From assembly GCA_002189035.1 (NCBI GenBank), contig NEEC01000016.1, forward strand, positions 868,001 to 932,000: a stretch of 64,000 nt of DNA. The letters run 5' to 3'. A program made the translations under genes and the position numbers. The notes beneath the pieces are model-generated. The model saw nothing but the letters and a program-made list of their open reading frames with translations. It made no database searches and was not told where the DNA came from. Source of the DNA: Utricularia gibba. Its lineage: Eukaryota; Plantae; Magnoliophyta. How positions within the stretch are numbered: the stretch's first letter is position 1; each line of letters starts with the position of its first letter. This document shows, in pieces, positions 42,281 through 55,221 of the stretch.

Positions 42281-43452
42281 GCCTCAAACGTCCAAAATGA
42301 TGGGTCCTCACAAAAAATTCTCCCAGCAAATCATCAATAGGAAACCCCTTCCCTTCCCTAATCCAACAAACCAAATAATCTCTAAATCTCACGATTCTCA
42401 AATACTCGGCGAGAAAGACGAAAAGGGGAAGCAAGGGTAGGCATTCGGAGAAGGGACCAATGAAGCGCACACGCAAAAAAATACGAGAGAGAGAGAGAGC
42501 AGCGAGATGCCACCAATTTGGAATTTCGGGCCTCGCACAGAACAAAAAGCGTCGTCTCTTCGCGTTTGGCATCTCCATCGGGTTACCTTAGAACAAATAC
42601 CTAACTACAACTAAAAAATAAATAAATAAAAATTCCTAATCACACACGCACTCCACATTTAATTTTACTGTATATGAATGAAATCTTGTCCCCTTTTGAA
42701 AAAAATATTATAAAAATAATTTTATTTTCATCATAATTTATCTGATATTGTTCGTTTTTTATATTCAATCTTCATAATTTTAGGTTTTTATTTTTTAGTA
42801 AAAAGGTTTTATATAATATTATAAGGATTTATATTTATTATTTCTAAGAATTCATAAATCTATTAACTTTGATTTTATGAAAAATATTTCTCGTGAAATT
42901 AAAGAAAACAAAACATTAAATTTCACGTTTATTTTTTTCGTTATTAATACCAAGAGTGGAATTAGGAACTCCCAAATTTGATAAAATTTGGAATTGAATC
43001 CGAAAATCGAAAGTCAAAAAATTTGTAAATATTATATTTTATAAAAAAATAACTAAAATTTAAAATATTGATATTACTACCATAGGGTGGGCTAACTATC
43101 GGCCCTGCGTCTTGGACCGGACGCTGCAATAAAAAGAGCCCACACGCCGTGTACGGTAATCAATGTAGAACGATCACCAACGGGCCTGTCAATTGATGAA
43201 GTAAAACTCCGTACTTCGGTGCTTCTCTCTCTAAGTCTGCATCATTTCTAATGCATTGATGTCGTGTCTCTGTCTTTAGTGATTTATAAAAGTGCTGAAA
43301 TAGATTTTCGAAAATTACTTTTATTTTTATGGAAATGATTAATTTGAGTAAATTTTATGATGCATAAATCATTTTGAGAAAGTTCCATTTCCTCATGAAA
43401 ACTCAATAACGAAGGCCGCATCATCATTTTTGTTAATAAATAAAGATGCTAT

Positions 43453-44336
43453 GAGGGATCGACACTGGGAACAGTAGGACATGCGCTTTGGCTCCCGGAT
43501 TGGGACTTTGAAGCCATTAGCTATGGAACTAATCAGTGAAGTGTGTGATGAGGGGGTGAAGTTGCTGCTGTTTGGCAACTAGAGAAAGCTTCTTGTGCTG
43601 CTGTGAATACATGTGGTGTCATTGAGGCATTCCTGATCCCTTCAAAGTGCGCCATGGAAATGCCTTCAAAGTATCTTCACAATGTTGGACTGGGTGCATG
43701 AGAAAGCTCATCACCTGTTTGATAAAATGTTTGAAAACCACCACCATGGTCTTCGTCTCATGATCGAGGACCATCCATATGCTGTGGATGAACTGGAAAT
43801 ATGCATTGTCAGAAAATGAATCTCGGTTTAGAGAGTGTTGCTCCATATACTATTCTGAGATGACCAAGTGCACCATCATCATATGGATAGCCTCTGCACT
43901 CCGTGCTGCTGTAAGCCTTGGACAATATCCGCTTCCATGGATATCTAGCTCACAGGAAAACGATGAGCTGGAGATTCTTGTCCAAGAAGGGTCCTCCAGA
44001 GTTCGCCAAACTAAAGAAAAATGCGGATGGAGTATTCTTCAAGACCATACCAGCACAGTTTCAGGCTCTTCTTGGCATTTCTTTTATCAAAATCTTGTCG
44101 GGACACTCAGCATCGAGGAAGTGCTTGATGGGCTGATGACAAAATGCCAATGGAGGCATTTGATAAGTTTGCATCAACTTTTATGGAGGGATCCTGCGGA
44201 GGAACAAAAATTCATGCCTTAAGAAACGTACTTGGCCAGTGAAGATGGATTATATGCTGGTATTTCCCAATACCTCTGGGGCCATTCAAGGTGGAGGCTT
44301 GCTCATTAAAGGAATACTAAACAGCATTCCATTTGA
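43453..44336 (+). pseudogene. Degenerate 9-LOX-type lipoxygenase 3' fragment
   Basis: Collinear LOX motifs in shifting frames: GTLKPLAMEL (43502), WQL (43573), CAMEM, HGLRLMIEDHPYAVDELEI (43745), CTIIIWIASALRAAVSLGQYP (43869), LLGISFIKILSGH, LKNRTWPVKMDYMLVFPN and KGILNSI. There are frameshifts, internal deletions and no N-terminal half. Confidence 0.9.
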
Positions 44337-44679
44337 GGTTTCATACGTGTGACTGTAATTTCACCATTGTAATGACTGCACTTGTTCTGGTGAATAACAA
44401 GAAGAAAGTTCAACTGAAACCAAAAGCAGTGTTGTATCTTTGAAAATGAACTCAACCATGAGAATCGAATCAATCTGACTCTTGGAACAACAATTCAAGA
44501 TATGATCAACGTAACAAACCAGCGATCCAAATGGTTTCTGAAACACATGATCCATAAGCCAAGAGCTCATTCAGAGAGAATCCAACTTCTGAATAACTCA
44601 GAGATAAAAAAATTCTTCAATGAAGCATTAAAAATTGCTAAATATAAACTCAAAAGGTCATTGAGTGTAGAGCTATGTA

Positions 44680-45507
44680 TCAGGTATGCCTTTCCATGAA
44701 CTTCTCTATTACAACTGAGAACGCAGCAAAACCAGCACAACCAGCGCATGCTGCTCTTGGTCCGGCTGGTGAAACAACAAGACTCAGTACGGTTTACATG
44801 TGGCAGATATTCACAAAAACAAAATTAACCATGAATTAACCATGAAACCATGAAGGGTTTAGGATAGTGCGATGCCAGTAAATTAATTCTTTGGACATGT
44901 AAATGCATGCTAACCTCTAGCTGATATGGCACCTCCAGTTGTACATCCAGCCACAACAGTATTTGTAATGTCATGCTTCGCACGGACCTTCAACAAATTG
45001 TGGGCAGTCAAAACTACAATTTTTTTTCTGCTGAACTGATGCTTGAAAATCAAAGAGATTTTTCAAGAAGAGGTACCTTCTCAACAATACATTCGGAAGC
45101 CGAGAAGATGAGCCCCATAACGGCAAAGGCCTTGCAGGAACTCCAGCTCCTTTGGGCCATCTGCTTAGCCTGAAAGGCAATCTGTTGTCTTGCAGTCAAT
45201 TCTTCATGCAAAAGTGGATTCTCCAGTGCCCCAAAAAATAGTCCCATGAGCAAACCCAGTCCACCTCCTGTGATAATCAGTTATCAAATGCTACACACAG
45301 GACACTAATCCTTCAAGAATTTGAAAGAGAACCGAGGGCCTAACCCATAACCCCACTGACAACACTGCGAACAGCACAGTTGTTCCAAATGTCCTGTCCC
45401 CGAATTTCCTCGATTGTCGGGAGATGAATAGGCTCAATGGTTGGCTTAGGTGGATCAGGTGTTCCTGAAGAAGCATCCTGTGATTCACCACCTCCACTTG
45501 AACTCAT
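44680..45507 (-). CDS. TIM22: Mitochondrial inner-membrane translocase TIM22 (Tim17/22/23 family), multi-exon; probable 5'UTR intron 45954-45517
   Basis: MSSSGGGESQ...LPTIEEIRGQDIWNNCAVRSVVSGVMG, GLFFGALENP, SSCKAFAVMGLIFSASECIVEK and GGPRAACAGCAGFAAFSVVIEKFMERHT-stop. Confidence 0.92.
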
Positions 45508-46016
45508 CGTGGTCGCCTGAAGAGCATCAGAAAATGTAAACTACATTCCAAGGAAGCAGCTTTACGCCTTACCAATGTTTCCGAAAAACAAAAAAACACT
45601 CTCCACTGATGCTCCTTGAAAGACATATAATAAACTCCGTTGTAATGAGAAATTCTTTTCCTAGTTCAGTTATCAAACACCTGATGTGCATGGAACTAAA
45701 TTCTCTCTCCGAGCCGATTAACCACGCATTAAAATTACAAACCACTGATTGAGAACTAAACAAGGATAAAACAAAACAGCGGCGAGTAAACACAACGAGT
45801 CCGTCAAAAAAGCATACCACGACTGCCCAACCTAAGCAAGCAAACACAAAGAGCCGACCAAATGAATAACCTAAATAAACCATCAAAATCCAACCAAAAG
45901 AAATGAAAATGCCGAAAACTGAAACTGTATTCTGCCTGCTCAACGAAAGTTTACCTCAGCTCGGAAACAAGACAGACGCCAACCACGATACCTTTCTTTC
46001 AAAGAAACGACGGCAC

Positions 46017-46168
46017 TGGGCCGGATCCCAGACTACATAAATGAAATTACTTTTCCCCCTCTTAATTCTCAACCAAATAATTATTATTTAAAATAAATTA
46101 AAACATAACAAGGGCTGGGTCGGCATGCCCTGGGCTCAGCCCGCGGGCCGAACCTTTCGGGCTGGGCC
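46017..46168. promoter_or_regulatory. Site II (TGGGCY) cluster upstream of TIM22
   Basis: TGGGCC 46017, TGGGCT 46131 and TGGGCC 46163 in a GC-rich island; typical of nuclear genes for mitochondrial proteins. Confidence 0.5.
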
Positions 46169-48501
46169 GAGGTCCACCTTTGTTCTTGTGGACTACACTT
46201 TTTCAAGAGATGATTTGAAAAATGATTATATCCACTTTTTGTGCATTTGAAACTTAATCATCTATAGATATATTTAAAATAAATATTTTATAAATTGATT
46301 TTTTTAAAAAAACCCATTTAGAAGAATATTTTACAATATTTTTATAAAAAAATCATGTATTATTAAAGTAATCATCAAATACATATTGTTATGAATGCGC
46401 GAATATTTAAACAGTTAAATCAACCTTTACAAGAATGAACCCACGGATTTAGGAATCAAGGTAATATGGTCAATGATAAAATAATAATAATAATACTAAT
46501 AATAAATAATAGAATATGTAGTCTGATTTGTTTTTAAAAATGAGGCTTTTAGGACAAGTTGTGTACGGGTGCGGACAAGTGTATTTAGTGGTGGACAAGT
46601 AAGGGTGCCCCGAAAGCATCTACAATAACAAGCCCACCCCACGCGGGGCGCGTGAGAGACAGACACTTCCATTAACAAGTCACACGTTTCCCAGAAGTTG
46701 TCGAAATTCGATTCGAGACCACCCCGACCTTTCCCAACGTCACAAACAGTCCCCATAAAACGACCCTACAATTCCATAACCTAATTCAGAATTCACAATA
46801 TTCAAAATTCGGAAAAATTTCAATTTTAGTTTAGAAATCGAAATTACGAAAACAAATGTCAAATAATATGCATGAGTTATATTATTTAGAAAAAAACATA
46901 AAATCATGAAAGATAGATGTACGAAATAAATAATATCATATAAAAAAATAGTACGTAATTAGTTGTGCAAATCTCAATGAAGACAGTATGTTTCCAAGGA
47001 GGGCAAGAGAGTTCCACTTAAGCAAGAATGTAAGGATTTTAGATAAATCCTATATTGATTATGGATGTGAGATAAATAGAGTTTATTTAGAAGAAAATTA
47101 TAATTATAAAAGTTATCTTATATGAAAAAGTAAAATTTTAACAAACAATGCCATACAAGGAGAGGTATATCATATTTATACGAATTATATTATATAATAA
47201 CAAATGTAATCAAGCATAATGTTCATTATTGAAATATTAAAGAAAAAGTATAATTTATAAACTGCAATGTAATGAAGAGGAGCCCATGTTTTGTTGCGCA
47301 GTGTTGTTGGTCGTTCCGACATTAAACATGTTGGGGGCGGCATACTATTTATAGAACTTCCGATTAATTCAATTGGTAATGGATGTGACATTTAAACTTG
47401 GTACCAGGAAATTTAAATTTTGAATATTTCCACGTAGATAATAATTCCTGCACCTTTTGCATCATGGCTCGCAACAAACAATAATGGATGTCACAATCTG
47501 TGAGCAACATTATTGGGAATAATTATTTTGATTTTCAATGGATTTAATTACAAAATTAGTAAAACAGATATTGAAACTTTCACCAAATTGACAGTAACAG
47601 AAGAGGAAAGCATGAATGAATAATGCATGGAAATGAAGCGAGGGAAGGCCACACATAATTGTGCCAACTCCGTTCATTCAAAACTTGCGCTCTGCGGTGG
47701 ACTGTAAAAACCGGTGGGCCGCCGCCGTGCAAGCAAATGGAATGGATTACACGACGCGGTTCGGCGGCGCGCATTCATTGTGACCACTGTACATTTTTAT
47801 CACGCTAACCGTAAAAGAATGTAAATTTTTAACACAATTAAAATACAATGGATATTTTTCAAAAAAACTCGGAAGACGAAGTCAATGTAACTTCCAGTGA
47901 GGATGATGCATGCGCTGTTGTTATAAGCTCACTTCATTCACACAAACTTGTATTGTGAATTGAACACCAATAACAATAAACGATAAAAACTTAACCCACG
48001 TTATATGCTATTCTAAAATATTTTTAGATACTCTAGCATTCAATGAGTTCTTCGAGAACATGATGTTGATATTAAAAGTCAATGGATGATATATGTATCT
48101 AATATTAATGTACTCGACACAAAAATGAGACAAAACATAGTATTAGCATGCACACACATGTAATAGTCTTTTGGAATCTGTTTTACAACCTCACTCCTCC
48201 TTGCATATGTAGCATTTTTGGATTTTGGGGCTAGAAATTCAATCCGATGTGATAAATTAGTGTCGCGTGGACATGAAATTCAGCTAATAATTAATTTATA
48301 GAAATTGGTATCCAATATAAACTAATTGAAGATATTTCAACTAACAATCTAGTATACTCATCTATTCTACTGCATACGATGTTTTTCCAACAAGTTCATC
48401 GGGGGTCGGTGGTGCTCGTCCTCGCCGATTGCATCAGTCCAGTCCATTTATTGGTAATCCACTTGCGATGTGGGATAGGCTGGGGAGGAGGAGCATAAAA
48501 G

Positions 48502-48527
48502 GGTAGGTGACGGTTGAAGTAAATGCA
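48502..48527 (+). promoter_or_regulatory. MYB-type site plus L1 box upstream of the Gly/Pro-rich protein gene
   Basis: GGTAGGTG at 48502-48509 and TAAATGCA at 48520-48527, about 150 nt before ATG 48672; TATAAG near 48615. Confidence 0.45.
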
Positions 48528-48671
48528 CTCATTCTGATAGGTGGGATGAGTTGAGGAGGGGGGTGGAGGTGGGGGACTACCGATGTGAACTCATCGCTGA
48601 CCGAAGTGCTTCTTTATAAGTAGTAGTAGTACTATTGGGGAATGGTGTGTTGCTGTTCCAAGTGAAGCGAC

Positions 48672-49627
48672 ATGGGGTGTGTTTCTAGGGTTTTCCTGGT
48701 ATTCGTTTTGCTGGTTTCTGTGGTTGCTGGTTTGGATGGAAAGAATGGGGCGAAGATGAAGTAGCTGATGAGAAATCCTTGCCTCCGAAACCCCTTTTCT
48801 TCGCTAAACCGTTTCCTAAGGTTTTGATCGGCGCCGCCAGTGGTTTGGGTGGTGGTGGCGGTCTCGGTGGTGGCTATGGAGGCGGTGGTGGTCTGGGCGG
48901 CGGTGATGGTGGTCTTGGTGGTGGTTATGGAGGCGGTGGTGGTCTCGGTGGCGGCGGCGGTCTTGGTGGTGGCTATGGAAGTGGTGGTGGTCTTGGTGGA
49001 GGGGTTGGTTTTGGCGGTGGTGGTGGTTTTGTGAAGCCATTTCCGACACCGTTTCCTAAGCCGTTCCCGAAACCGTTTGTGAAGCCGTTCCCGAAACCGT
49101 TCGTGAAGCCGTTCCCGACGCCATTTGTGAAGCCGTTCCCGAAGCCGTTCCCGAAGCCGTTTGTGAAGCCGTTTCCGAAGCCGTTTCCGAAGCCGATGCC
49201 AAAGCCTTTCCTCGGTGGGGGCGGCGGAGGTCTTGGTGGAGGAGGTGGTTTTGGGGGTGGCGGTGGTTTTGAGAAGCCATTCCCGAAGCCAATGCCAAAG
49301 CCTTTCCTCGGCGGCGGCGGGGGAGGCCTCGGTGGTTTTGATAAGCCGTTTCCTAAGCCCGGCATTGGCGGAGGTATTGGTGGCGGCGCCGGTCTGGGCG
49401 GAGGCGGTGGTTTGGGTTCCGGTGGCGGGTTGGGCGGCGAAGGTGGTTTCGGCCATGGCGGTGGTCTAGGTGGCGGAGCCGGCGGTGGCCTTGGCGGCGG
49501 AGGTGGGTTCGGAGGAGGAGGCGGTGGAGGTTTTTCCGGCGGTGTTGGATTTGGCACCGGTGGCGGAGTTGGTGGAGGTTTGGGCGGTGGTTTCGGTGGC
49601 GGCGGAGGGTTCGGCGGTGGTCACTGA
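48672..49627 (+). CDS. Secreted glycine-rich/proline-rich cell-wall-type protein with (KPFP/KPFV)n blocks; signal peptide is out of frame with the body as written
   Basis: ATG 48672 encodes [23 protein letters not shown] (signal-peptide-like) but stops at TAG 48762-48764. The body [17 protein letters not shown]...GGGGLGGG...[11 protein letters not shown]...GGGH-stop (to 49627) lies in the -1 frame. Confidence 0.7.
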
Positions 49628-50102
49628 GGTGCGCGCGTGCATGAATTTGAAAACGCGCGTCTTTTTTCCCTAATCTTATTTGGTCATTGTTTCTTTGACT
49701 TCAAAATGCCCCACCTTACAAACAAACTATCACCATCACACAGTTGTGATGTTGACATTAAAAAAGATATATTAAATATAATATACTTAATTAATTAAGT
49801 ATATTGTATCCCAATGCTGCAATTATCTTAATTAATGCCCTAATCCTATACTTGATCCATTAAATTCTGCATTTTTAGTAATTTTTTTTTTAAATTCAGA
49901 TTAAAATCAAGAAAAATAACGATTTGAGGGAAGGTGGAGGATCTTCGAAGCCAAAGGAGACTTAGAAGGCTTGCCCTTGGGAGCGTGGCTCTCAAGTTTG
50001 TACTGTCTTCTTTAGACATTAATTGCCCTGTTTCCTCCTCCTCTGTTTCGGCTCTGCTTCTGGGTTAGTTGCAAAGTCTTGTTCTTTACCTTCATTCATT
50101 CA

Positions 50103-52659
50103 ATGGCGTATCTCAATAGCGTAGAAAACGTGATTGTTGACATCTCCAAGCTCACCGGAGAAGGAAACGCCGGTGGCAGAAACACCGTCTTCGCACCACA
50201 AACAAGCTTGGAAACAAGGCCTACCCCGACCGTATCCCGGCCGGTTTTCAGAGCTCCGGAGAAGCGCCTAACGTTGTTCGCTCTCCATCTTGCGGTTCTA
50301 GAGAAATCAGCTACGAGTATCGGAACTCTGGGGTTCATCTGGGCCACCGTCCTTTTACTCGGCGGCTTCGCCATCACGCTTGACGTGACCGACTTCTGGT
50401 TCGTCACGGTGATCTTGGTTATAGAAGGGACAAGGATTTTCGGAAGGAGCTATGAGCTGGAATGGCAGCATCAGGCTACATGGTCGTTGACCGATATGGG
50501 AATCAGCAGCTTTCGAGCAATGAAATGGGGCTCGAGCTCCGTTGTCGGAAAAGTAAAGACTCTGTTTCGCAGGCCAGAGCAAGCGAGTGGAAGCAGGGAG
50601 GTTTCTTTGGCTGGAGCGGTGTCGAGAAAGCAGCAATTTGATGATCAAAAAGCCGCAAGTCGAACATGGACAACCTCCGAGGTCCCTGTTTTTCCGGTGC
50701 TGCAATGGATCTTCCTGTCCAAGCACATCAGCAATCTTCTGTACTGGCTTCAGTTGGCTTCTGCTACCGCGTGTGTTGTTCTGTCATTGCTGAAGCTTGT
50801 CCAGCGAAACTTCGGAGAGATCGAAAAGGGCGATACCGATAAAAGAAACCGGAATCAGGCTCTGATCATATTCTACTCCCTGGCTCTGGCGGACGCAGTG
50901 CTGTTTCTCCTGGAGAAAGCTTACTGGGAATGGAAGTTCAGAGTGGAGAAGCTCCTGGAAAAGGTGAACGATGAGTGTGAGCTTGGAGAATCGGGGTTGG
51001 TTTCGACGACAAGATTTTTCTACGATTCTTACTCCAAGTGCCTCAACAGTAGCATCTTTGATGGCCTGAAAATGGACATGATTTCATTCGCCATGGAGCT
51101 GGTGGAATCGGACTCCTCCGACGAGCAGTTCATCGGAGTGCGAATCCTTAAGAAGTTCTCTGAGAATCCAAGATTTTCAAAGGATACACTTCAGAAGATC
51201 GGAGTGAAACTCTCCCTTATTTCAAGACTCCTGGAAATGCTCAACTGGAAGCACGAGGAAGAGGAAGAGATTCGCTATTCCGCAGCTGAAATCCTGGCGA
51301 ATCTGGCTGAGAAGAAGCAGAATCCTCTCCGGATTGCTGAGATTCCGGGATCCCTGGATTCCATTTCCAGCTTACTTCACGCCTGCCGGACTACCGGCGG
51401 CGCCAGTTACGAGATACTAGAGAAAGGGATCATATTCGATAACGGAAACTACAGCACTTGGTCATTTAACCATCTTGGCCTGGAGATCTTGAGAAAGCTT
51501 GCCCGTGATCACGATATATGTGGAAAGATTGGCAACACACGGGGACTTTTGACTAAGATCATCGACTTTTTGCACACGGAGGAGCAGATTCTCCGGCAGC
51601 CAACAGCCGCACCGGCGCAGATAGCCACCGTGGAGCAATCACTCCATCTTCTCCAAAGACTTGCTAGCACTTCAGGCACAGCTGGGAAGCAGCTACGAAA
51701 AGATATTTCAGAGATTGTGTTTACAGTTAGTTACATCAGAGACATCCTGAAACATGGGGAGACGCATCCTCATCTTCAGCTTCTGGGAATACAAATTCTA
51801 AGCAGCTTGGCTTCTGATGAGGAAGCCACCGATCGTATTGCAGAAACAGGTGGAGTTCTGAAAGTTTTATTCTGCATCTTCTTCAACGAAAGCGTACCGG
51901 GATACCCGAACAACTTGCGAGAAGCTGCAGGGGAAGCTTTAGCAACACTAGCATTGCAAAGCATGATTACATGTCAGAGGATTTTGAAGCTGCAACACGA
52001 CGTGAAGCTGGTGAAAGCACTGAGTGATCTATTGCTTCGTGTGAATGCAGCTCGAATCCTGCGGAATTTATGCCGGTACAGTGGCGATGATAGCTTCCAG
52101 CAACTTAAAGGACTAACAAACGCTGCTCCCACTGTAAGTACATGAACATTTCACATGTTTTTCATTGGAAGAGATGATCTTTGAGAGCCTGATTCGAATC
52201 CCCCCTCCACACACTGTGTTTCAGATCCTTGAAGCGATCATGAACGAAGAAGAGGAAGAAAAAGTTCAGGAAGTAATGATAGCAGCAGCAACCAGCATAT
52301 TCAAGCTCATGCAAACTCAAGAATCTGCAACCCTTTTCCATAAAGCTGGCATCACAAAACTTCACTTGGCTCACCGGCTGTCAGCCATTCTGAGGAAGTA
52401 TCCCCGTCCCTGTATACAAGTTCCCGGGATCAGACGATACACAGTAGAGTTAGCCATTTGGATGATGAAAGATGATCCGGAGAATACAAGAAGCTTCCGC
52501 AGTCTCGGAGTATCAGAAGACCTGAAATCTGTTCTTGATACAGTTTCTGAGATGGAGAGCTTCCACATCTTCTCTGGAACTGTTGGCGTGTATAGGCACA
52601 AAGTGGAGATGCAGTCGCTCATCGAGATGGCCATGGAGCTGCTCCAAAAAGACGCTTAG
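50103..52659 (+). CDS. ARM-repeat superfamily membrane protein (BLE2-like), 2 exons (50103-52133, 52225-52659)
   Basis: APEKRLTLFALHLAVLEKSATSIGTLGFIWATVLLLGGFA, DFWFVTVILVIEGTRIFGRSYELEWQHQ and armadillo-like helical repeats; a phase-0 GT-AG intron joins APT|ILEAIM. Confidence 0.9.
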
Positions 52660-53827
52660 ATTAGTGTTGTGACCGATCAATTTTATCAAATCGCGGTTCC
52701 AGTTCAAACCGATTATAACTTAAGCCTTATTTGGTATAAAAGTATAAAGTTGATTTATAATGAATTGAATAAAATTATATTCTTTGATATATAAATATAA
52801 TTATATCAATTATATGAATATAATCATCTTTTGATATAATTATACCTATATATTATCATTAAACCATCTTTATTGATGTTTGGAAACATGCAATTCCACA
52901 TCAGATTACTAACCTTAAAGAAATGAAATAAATGTGTTTCCACTTTTTTCATATTCATCTTCGGAAACAAGTTTAATTATGAATAGAGAATGATTGAATA
53001 TCAATATTTATTTTACTGATTTTTTCAGTGGAAATTAGATTTACGTAAAGATAGTTTTCGGAAATCGAAAAGTTGACTGTATTAATGTTTGAAAATTTAA
53101 ATGTTAAAAATATACATCGACGTCATCATTTTCGAACATGAATAATGATGACCTTATATATAAGTATATATATAACTAAGAGTAGCTATAGTTATTTTTA
53201 TATTTATATATTTGGATTTAAAGTTGTATTCTGAAAAATTTTTGAAATCTATTTTTAATTTTAAAAAGTAAAATTAATTTTATTCTAGAATAATATTAAT
53301 TATAAAATTACTTTTATCAAAAAATATTTTTAAAATTATAATACAAAAAATTATTTTTAGAAAAATAAGTAATATGATATTTTTAATTATTATTTCTATT
53401 TTTTAAAATAATTTTAAAAAATAAAAATAAGTTTCAAAAAGTTTCAAAAATACTGCTTAAGTTTATAAAAATTTAAATCAATCATTCAAACAAAACCTTA
53501 TAAATAACTTCATCATGTAAAAATTAATTTTGTGTTAAATAATATAATTTAAACACATTTAATATAATTAGTTCGATTGTTTGATATAATGAACATAATT
53601 ATTTTCTAATATTTTAACATTAAATTAAACTAGTCTCTAATGTTTTTTTATAACCGAATATAATAGGTTTTTACTATTTCAAAATGGGAGATATCTAATT
53701 CTCACTATTGTAATATATAAAATAATTCTTATTATAACAAAATTATTAAATATTTTTGGCACATTTTTTTCAAAATTTATAATATTGAAACAAATTATTT
53801 ATTAAAATAATAATTGGCAACGTGCCC

Positions 53828-53858
53828 GGTCAACTCGAGCCGGGTCAACTCCGGGTCA
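53828..53858. promoter_or_regulatory. Tandem W-box-like motifs upstream of the LIFEGUARD gene
   Basis: GGTCAA (reverse complement TTGACC) at 53828 and 53843, plus GGTCA at 53854, 85-110 nt before the ATG. Confidence 0.5.
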
Positions 53859-53940
53859 TTTTAAGACAATCGCCCTAACCATCCAATTTCGTCATCGTGG
53901 GAAGGGAGAATTCACAGAGATCTGTCTGGGTATCGGAAAG

Positions 53941-55221
53941 ATGCACGCCTACGCCGGAGTAAACAGCATCGATGTGGATGACATGAAGCGCGGGGAAATC
54001 GATCTGGAATCTGGAGAAGTGCTGTACCCTGGAATCGGACGAGGGGAGAATCAGTTGCGATGGGGATTCATCCGCAAAGTTTATGGGATCTTGGCCACTC
54101 AGATCCTTCTCACCACAGTGGTTTCTGCCGTCACAGTCCTTTACGAACCGGTCAACGAACTCCTGCGTGGAAGTTCCGGCTTGTTGCTATTTCTCACCAT
54201 TATCCCTTTCATTCGTGAGCAAATCTTGACCGATCGTTTATTTCGTTCAGAATACGTTTTTTTCTTGATCAAGAGTAATATGATTAGAAGGTGTTCGTTT
54301 TTAAGTTAATGATTTTTAAAAGAATTCTAGATTTGTGGCTCCTTGGTGTCTGTTTATCTGCCGTTTCGTTGCTAAATGTATTAAGCGGCTACCTGTCACT
54401 TGATCCTTGGAAATGAGACTCCTTTCTAAAGTTGCACAGAGAGATCTGGTGGGAGCCTGCCCTCTCTGAAAAACATATATACGTGTTGAAATCTAGTGAA
54501 GTTATCTACGTTTGTTTGCTGGAATGGGATGAATGATGATGGTTATTTGGGCGACACTGATATCCTTTTATCTTCTGTAGTGATATGGCCTTTATATGCC
54601 TATCGGCAGAAGCACCCATTGAATTTACTGTTCCTAGGGCTCTTCACTGCATGTATGAGTTTAACGATTGGCGTTGCCTGTGCCAGTACAGATGGTTAGT
54701 AGCACAATCCACGCTATATTGATCAAAAAGTATGAATTGACTGTTGTACAAGTGGCTTATTTTTTTTTTTTTTTGGCCAATTTCAGGTAGAACTGTGCTT
54801 GAAGCTTTAATCTTGACATCAGCTGTAGTTTTAGCTCTGACTGGATACACCTTCTGGGCTTCAAAGAGAGGAAAAGATTTCAGCTTCATGGGGCCAGCCT
54901 TGTTTACTTCCCTTTTTATCTTGATGTTCACCAGTTTAATTCAGGTGCGGGCTCTACTTCTTGTAAGGGTTGGTCTGTCTCCATTGATTTAACTCAAACA
55001 TGCATTTCTGGGTGCAGCTGTTTTTTCCCTTCGGGTCTACCACCACTGCTATCTACAGTGCATTGGGCGCGATAATCTTTTCAGGGTACGTCATTTATGA
55101 CACTGATAACCTGATCAAGCGCTTCACATACGACGAGTATATCTGGGCGTCCGTCACCCTCTACCTCGATATCCTCAATCTGTTCTTGTACATCCTTCGT
55201 TTGCTGAAGCAGGAAAACTGA
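53941..55221 (+). CDS. LIFEGUARD / Bax inhibitor-1-like (TMBIM) protein, 4 exons
   Basis: DLESGEVLYPGI...LRWGFIRKVYGIL, YRQKHPLNLLFLGLFT, GYTFWASKRGKDFSF and YDTDNLIKRFTYDEYIWASVTLYLDILNLFL. Confidence 0.93.

Noticed and set aside
48632-49673. Long alternative and antisense ORFs over the Gly/Pro-rich gene (274, 194, 84 aa and others)
   Set aside because: Expected by-products of GGN/CCN-rich repetitive codons lacking stops; no independent gene signals.
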